From an uncultured virus (IMG/VR IMGVR_UViG_3300031951_021468) (taxonomy: Duplodnaviria > Heunggongvirae > Uroviricota > Caudoviricetes), in IMG/VR virus record IMGVR_UViG_3300031951_021468: 64,000 nucleotides of DNA; one strand, written 5' to 3'. The position numbers were made by a program, and so were the translations under genes. The notes under the pieces are model-generated. The model had not been told where the DNA came from. It saw nothing but the letters and a program-made list of their open reading frames with translations, and did no database searches. Numbering within the stretch: position 1 is the stretch's first letter; each line of letters opens with the position of its first letter. This document shows positions 58,669 through 64,000 of the stretch, piece after piece.

Positions 58669-59403
58669 TTAGTTCTTCCAGAGAGGACCTTTTGTGTTTA
58701 CATGCTTTTTCCAATCATCTGGGGTTAACTTTGTAACACGATTCCAAACAATCATAGCTTTTCTTTGATAAGCTCCATTCATTCCACTACCATTATATCT
58801 CCCCCAAGTTTGTCGCATAACGATAACTTGTTGATCAGGAGTTAAATTTGGCACGGATGCTGAAGAGCCAGTAGACCCGCTTCTACTAGTTGTGTTACCT
58901 CTGAGTCTAGAGTATGAACCAGCATATTTTCGATAATGGGTTGCCAAGTATCTCGACCCCATTTCAATATTGTCTTCGAGTTTATAAGGATCGAGACCGC
59001 TGTTTCCAAAAACTCTTCGAGCAGTTGAAGGAAGAATTTGCATAATTCCAATAGCTGGGCGGCTTACCATTCGAAATTCACTTTCGATATATCCTGTGGT
59101 TGCAACCATCATTGGAGGAAGGCCATTGCGTCGCGCCGACGTTACAATTGCCTTTGCAACTCTGTCGGCATACTCGCGGCCCAAACGGCTTTGAACAATG
59201 TAAACAAATTCACTAATGCGCTTTTGTTCCTGATCCACCGTGTTTGTTTGATGTACCTGTACAATGTTCGCCGCCTTAGTGCTAATTGGCTTTGAAGCCT
59301 GATTGGCAACAGTTGTGGCATCCGTGCTGTTGGGCACAAATGTAGCAGTGGCATACGACGCGAAAAGAATCGCGAATGTCAAGGTTATGTTTCTAATATT
59401 CAT
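58669..59403 (-). CDS. Lytic transglycosylase (SLT) with N-terminal signal/anchor
   Basis: IESEF...AIGIMQILPSTA...DNIEMGSRYL...RYNG. Confidence 0.88.
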   Translation of the reverse strand: MNIRNITLTFAILFASYATATFVPNSTDATTVANQASKPISTKAANIVQVHQTNTVDQEQKRISEFVYIVQSRLGREYADRVAKAIVTSARRNGLPPMMVATTGYIESEFRMVSRPAIGIMQILPSTARRVFGNSGLDPYKLEDNIEMGSRYLATHYRKYAGSYSRLRGNTTSRSGSTGSSASVPNLTPDQQVIVMRQTWGRYNGSGMNGAYQRKAMIVWNRVTKLTPDDWKKHVNTKGPLWKN

Positions 59404-59673
59404 ATTTTTTTTACCTTTATTCTCCCGCAGGTTTTATTTACGCAACGTCTTTGTGCTGGTACCGAAAAAAACCAGCAACGCAGGCGTGGCCGCGGGCGAC
59501 ACAATCGGTTTGCAGGCAGTGTCCGCCTTGTTTCCCCATATTTTAGCATTTTGCTTAAATAAATTTAGGGGATTTTTTTTGAGAACAATCTCAAAAAACG
59601 TTATATGTTGGCTGAAGTTCAACCAGGATTGATTATTTAAATTAGAGAAATAAAAACATAAGGTTAAGAAACC

Positions 59674-59982
59674 ATGCCAGGCGCACCAATTAAGAAATTC
59701 TATAGTGACCCGATTTGTTCTATCTGCAACAGACAGGTGAAAGGCTGGGCGCGGGCTTTCTGTGATAATTGTGGCAAAGCTGTTTGTCGCAAACACAGAC
59801 CTCTTTTTGTATCTTATTGGCAGTGCCCCACTTGCATAGATGCACAAAAATCTTTCCTTCAAAATAATCCAACCACTGAGCAAATGATGGAAAAAGCCTC
59901 TGCTATTATAGAATCTGGTCGATCTGCAGAGGCGTCTAAAATAATTGATCAAATATTTGTAGATATATTTACAAAGAGGTAA
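59674..59982 (+). CDS. Zinc-finger hypothetical protein
   Basis: CSIC, CDNC, CRKH, CPTC. Confidence 0.72.
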   Translation: MPGAPIKKFYSDPICSICNRQVKGWARAFCDNCGKAVCRKHRPLFVSYWQCPTCIDAQKSFLQNNPTTEQMMEKASAIIESGRSAEASKIIDQIFVDIFTKR

Positions 59983-59985
59983 ATC

Positions 59986-60270
59986 ATGATCAGTGTTGAT
60001 GTGATCAGAAGATTGGCCCAAATTGCAAACGACTTGGATGAATCGGGCTTCATTGACGAAGCTAACGAAATTGACGAGGCTATATCTTCTTATCCCGAAA
60101 GCAACAATCAAGACGACATAAGACTTAAGGACAAGAAGATATCCGATTTGATTAACATAATTTTGCAGAAACTTAGTCTTGATGGTGTCAGCAACGATGA
60201 AATTATGAGTACAAATGTCTTTGAAAATGAAGTTCAAGAAGCTCTTCATGGAGTTCAAAGAAAAAATTAA
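59986..60270 (+). CDS. Hypothetical protein
   Basis: LAQIANDLDESGFIDEANEID; GAGGT SD. Confidence 0.72.
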   Translation: MISVDVIRRLAQIANDLDESGFIDEANEIDEAISSYPESNNQDDIRLKDKKISDLINIILQKLSLDGVSNDEIMSTNVFENEVQEALHGVQRKN

Positions 60271-61049
60271 CAATTATTACCTAAGACAGCGTTAAGCCAA
60301 TCTTCAATTTCACTTAAGCCCTTATCGTTACCGATAATTTGAAACTTTTTATAATTTGGTCTTTGTGAAATTGCCTCAATTACAGGCAGTGTGTTCTGGT
60401 TAAATGCGCTTATTCTTTCATAATACTTTTCCTCGCTATCGTCCCATCGAGTAATCCAGTTGTTTTCTGATGTAGCAGCGCAAGAATCCGAGCACGAAAG
60501 CCACTGGGCTTCGTTTTCAAGACAAGTATTTGTTAAATAAGGTCTTGAAGCTTCACCGTCTATGCACGAAATGTTCGGACCCGTGATTTTTGGGGGAGAC
60601 TGCTTTGAAAACACCTTATTGCAACCAGAACAATATCTTCGATTGATTGCGGCAGCTAGTGTGGTTTCAATCGGCGCATCAAGATGAATAAATGCAGAAA
60701 CATTGAAATTTTTATCTAAATAATCCAATTGCTCAAAAGACCTTGGATAACCATCAAAAACAAATCTAGAATTTGGTAAATCCAAGAGTTGATTAATTTT
60801 TAGACAATCATCAACAGCTTTGTGAATAATTCTATTTGTTAAATCATCGGGACAATGATGGTACCTTTCAAGAGATTCTCTAACTAAAGCGCCCAGGTCG
60901 CTGTCTTCGTCGCGTATTTTTCTATAAATATCGCCAGGAACAATTGCATTCCAATTATATTTATCCAAAAAATAAGACACAACAGTGCCTTTTCCACTTG
61001 CTGGCGGACCTAGTAACACCACGTCTATAGAAATTTTGCCGTCGATCAT
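60267..61049 (-). CDS. adk: Adenylate kinase
   Basis: GPPASGKGT, GDIYR, DGYPRS, RRYC..C lid. Confidence 0.88.
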   Translation of the reverse strand: MIDGKISIDVVLLGPPASGKGTVVSYFLDKYNWNAIVPGDIYRKIRDEDSDLGALVRESLERYHHCPDDLTNRIIHKAVDDCLKINQLLDLPNSRFVFDGYPRSFEQLDYLDKNFNVSAFIHLDAPIETTLAAAINRRYCSGCNKVFSKQSPPKITGPNISCIDGEASRPYLTNTCLENEAQWLSCSDSCAATSENNWITRWDDSEEKYYERISAFNQNTLPVIEAISQRPNYKKFQIIGNDKGLSEIEDWLNAVLGNNC

Positions 61050-61096
61050 AATTTGACTTATTTATCTATTCGTAAAAAATAAGTCAAATTAACACA

Positions 61097-61417
61097 TTAC
61101 TTAAGCCTTTCATTAAATAATCTTGTGTACTCATCAGACTCAAGCTCAAAATCTTGTGAATTTGCATGCCTGAATTCAGAAAGTTGAGCCCGCAAGTCGT
61201 TTACACAATCGGGTGGTGGCACAACTATTCTGCAGTCTGGACAGTGTGTTTGTATGTGCATGACCCAGTCTGCCCATGTTGTTAAAGGATCACCACGCTG
61301 CCATTTTTTTACAGGCCGCATCGAGGGCATGACGCCAACTGCATCGCCTTTTTCATAAAACGACATTCCGCATTCTACACATTTGCAAGAAATTGTTGCT
61401 GGTTTTCTTTCTGACAT
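61097..61417 (-). CDS. Hypothetical zinc-binding protein
   Basis: CVEC...CPDC. Confidence 0.65.
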   Translation of the reverse strand: MSERKPATISCKCVECGMSFYEKGDAVGVMPSMRPVKKWQRGDPLTTWADWVMHIQTHCPDCRIVVPPPDCVNDLRAQLSEFRHANSQDFELESDEYTRLFNERLK

Positions 61418-61809
61418 TATGGTAGCTCCTGTACTGATGCTATTTTGTCCACAAAATAACCTTCCATTTCGTGTTTGTTAATAAAAAACACTGGCTTATA
61501 CGACGTTCTTTCATAAACAGCATAAAACTCAGGTATTAATCCATTTGTAGAAACTATTTGAGCCAATAATAATAATCTTGGATATTTCTTTAGCATTTCA
61601 TGGCCACTAAATTCACTGGAATTCATTATTAAGGCCTCTGTATTCTCAGGAGGATTGTCGCCAAACCATATATTAAGATCAAAGTTTGCTTGATCATCAT
61701 TAAGCGCAATCACATCGTGCTTTTCATGCAAGCCTATGGCTTTAAGTTTGTTTTTAAGGCCCGTTGCATCAATGTTATTATTGGCTCCAGAAATTACTTT
61801 AACGTTCAT
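61417..61809 (-). CDS. Hypothetical protein
   Basis: 130-aa ORF in operon. Confidence 0.65.
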   Translation of the reverse strand: MNVKVISGANNNIDATGLKNKLKAIGLHEKHDVIALNDDQANFDLNIWFGDNPPENTEALIMNSSEFSGHEMLKKYPRLLLLAQIVSTNGLIPEFYAVYERTSYKPVFFINKHEMEGYFVDKIASVQELP

Positions 61810-61812
61810 ATC

Positions 61813-62511
61813 TTATCGTGGCCTTGTCACAGGCGTTGCTTCATGGTTTTTTGGGAAATATTCAATTTTCAATGCATTAAATTGAGCCAGTGCCATAAGA
61901 ACTGCAATTAAAGCAGAAATGCCCGCAATTCCCCATCCAATTCTTTTTTTCCATTCGGTCCAACCTGTCTGAACTTGTTTAAAAGATTCGAGATAATTTG
62001 TTATTTGATCTAACTTTTCAATAACTTGTTTTCTTGCTTGGCTTTCACTTTCAAAATGAGCACGAGTATCCTTTGCCATTATTTCAAATTCAGAAATCAT
62101 ATCATTTAAAGCACTTTCGACAGCCTCTCTATTGGCACTGCCGAGCTTGCCATCGTCACTAATAAGCTGCTCAATTTTGGCCTTAAACAACTCCAATTCA
62201 GAGCCAAAATGAGACAAAACTGCATTAAACTCTTCAATTTCTTCCGACATTAATGCATCGCCTTCGCGTTGATACTGCTGATAAGTTTTCAGCAGTTCGC
62301 TCATTGTTGTTATTTTCTCAAAAATTTCGCGTACTTCTTTTGAGTCAGATTCGCTGAGTTTTTCAATGTCTGCTTTAATCTCTGTTTGCAGATCGTAAAT
62401 ACGGACGAGTGCATTAGAAAATTCCACATAAGCTTCAGTTTGCGCTGTGATTTCATTGCGCAACATTTTCAAATCTTCTATAGATGAATTATTTGAATTT
62501 TTTTCACTCAT
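61813..62511 (-). CDS. Coiled-coil protein with C-terminal TM helix
   Basis: Heptad-rich; GWGIAGISALIAVLMAL; start MSEKN. Confidence 0.7.
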   Translation of the reverse strand: MSEKNSNNSSIEDLKMLRNEITAQTEAYVEFSNALVRIYDLQTEIKADIEKLSESDSKEVREIFEKITTMSELLKTYQQYQREGDALMSEEIEEFNAVLSHFGSELELFKAKIEQLISDDGKLGSANREAVESALNDMISEFEIMAKDTRAHFESESQARKQVIEKLDQITNYLESFKQVQTGWTEWKKRIGWGIAGISALIAVLMALAQFNALKIEYFPKNHEATPVTRPR

Positions 62512-62608
62512 TGTATAACACTCTCTTTTGATTCTTTTATAATTAAAAAGAATCTTTGACCGTTTTGAAAACATGCCCAAGATTCTTTTTTCGAGTTCAA
62601 TTAATAAA

Positions 62609-62962
62609 TTACCTAGTAATCGCTTTTCTTAATTTAGCCGTAGATGCTTTAAGCCTCGCGGTGGATGGAGTTTCAAAACTCACCTCATGCAAAAATACAG
62701 TTCCACCATTTTTTATCATTGATTTTTTAATACTTATGTCTCTACCTTTAAAGCTCAAAATTTTCACTTCTCCGACATTCATGTTTTGCGATAAGTTCTG
62801 TATTACAAAACCCTGGCTTTCAAGCTCCTTCGCAGGTTCATTCATGAGTCGAATATGATCATCCTCTACAATCCAAACTGGATGCCTGTAACTATCCAAC
62901 ATAGCTTGCAAAATTTTCTGATAATTCTCAGATGATTTTGTTGTTTTAGCAGAGCCACTCAT
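62609..62962 (-). CDS. PAS-like small protein
   Basis: LDSYRHPVWIVEDDHIRLMNEPAKE. Confidence 0.55.
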   Translation of the reverse strand: MSGSAKTTKSSENYQKILQAMLDSYRHPVWIVEDDHIRLMNEPAKELESQGFVIQNLSQNMNVGEVKILSFKGRDISIKKSMIKNGGTVFLHEVSFETPSTARLKASTAKLRKAITR

Positions 62963-62982
62963 TGGTTTTCCTCTTTGTATTA

Positions 62983-63846
62983 TTAGAATATTCTATTAAA
63001 GTATTCCTGGAAAATATTAAAACTTTCTTCATCTTCCATAACAATATATACATGGGTGATTGATTTTGTTTCAACACTGTTTAAAAATGTATATATTGCA
63101 GATAGCTGCACTCTGGCCGTGTGAGCAATGTCATGAGTGCCACAATCACATGGAAGAATTACTACTTTATTTGCGCCTAATTCTTCGGCCATTAATAAAG
63201 ATTTTCTCATTGCTGTTTTTATGTCTTGCTCATTGACCAACCTGCTAAATCCAGCCACAACTGCATGAACGATAGCCTTGGGAACTACTAAGCTTTTTTC
63301 TCCACCATTGCTTGTTAGGTAAACGTGGCCCATCTTCACAGAATCTTCGGCAATTTTATCACATTCTTCTTGAATTAAGCCTTTTGAAAGGCGGTTTAAT
63401 TTATAGTCATCTATTGTTAAGCCAATGTTTGTAGGCAAAACCAAAATATCAGACTTCACAGCATAAGGATTATCAACCTGATGAATGCTAACTTGAACAA
63501 CTTCATGTTCATCTCCATCCTCGTAATCATCAGGCTCATCAGAATCGTCGTAATCTTCAGAATCTTCACTTTCTAGTTGATCTTCTTCTGTGATTTCTTC
63601 ATCATTGCTTTCGATATCTTCATCCATTTGCCAAATTATAGGCAAAACAGAACACTGGGAATATAAACCTTCGCAATCTTCCTTCCAGGTGTCTTCACTG
63701 AAATCTTCTGGCTCTAAAAAAGATTTTGAAAGTTTGTCTTGTGTTACAAAGAATTTAAAAACACACTTGTTATCACCAGATACATCCTGGAGGTAAAACG
63801 GGCACTCGCAAGCTTGGCCGACAGGTAATTTAACAAACTTTTTCAT
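62983..63846 (-). CDS. Macro-domain protein with acidic linker
   Basis: DILVLPTN...GHVYLTSNGG...AIVHAV...KSLLMAEELG.NKVVILP. Confidence 0.8.
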   Translation of the reverse strand: MKKFVKLPVGQACECPFYLQDVSGDNKCVFKFFVTQDKLSKSFLEPEDFSEDTWKEDCEGLYSQCSVLPIIWQMDEDIESNDEEITEEDQLESEDSEDYDDSDEPDDYEDGDEHEVVQVSIHQVDNPYAVKSDILVLPTNIGLTIDDYKLNRLSKGLIQEECDKIAEDSVKMGHVYLTSNGGEKSLVVPKAIVHAVVAGFSRLVNEQDIKTAMRKSLLMAEELGANKVVILPCDCGTHDIAHTARVQLSAIYTFLNSVETKSITHVYIVMEDEESFNIFQEYFNRIF

Positions 63847-64000
63847 TTAAGATTTTTATACAGCAAGTTAAGTAATTGGAGTTGGTGTTCCGCTCGCGCC
63901 CTGATAGCCAAGTAAGTTGGTTGTTGGCATGCTGTTATATGATTGGCCTGAATAATTTGCGCTACCACCCTGCATTTGCTGATTCGTTGATTGCATTTGC

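Noticed and set aside
59434..60273. 279-aa minus-strand ORF
   Set aside because: Antisense shadow of two plausible plus-strand genes, with non-protein-like composition.

Overview
Segment of a very large (jumbo/huge) bacteriophage genome, mostly minus-strand, translated with the standard code. It holds a tRNA array mixed with non-canonical tRNA-like RNAs (1.4-7.9 kb) and a second tRNA cluster with two amber (CUA) suppressor tRNAs plus tmRNA (25.4-26.8 kb). It also holds a tnpB-only IS607-like element splitting a gene, auxiliary genes (nadE, nadD, prs, speD, iscA-like, thyX-like, adk, groEL, ruvB, rtcB, DNA/RNA ligases, sigma factor, glycosyltransferases), two Armatimonadota-style prepilin-like genes and long Gly/Ser/Thr-rich virion/tail-fibre genes. 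The best candidate for a new system is an amber-readthrough-gated module (23.0-26.2 kb). Its parts are two CUA tRNAs, a strong-SD minigene M-L-TAG-V-I-R-P-P-TAA whose 3' flank is an 11-nt perfect complement of the next gene's start region, and a PTH2-like gene with an in-frame TAG at codon 3. TAG is almost never used as a terminal stop in the window. All family assignments come from motif recognition by eye; no database searches were run.
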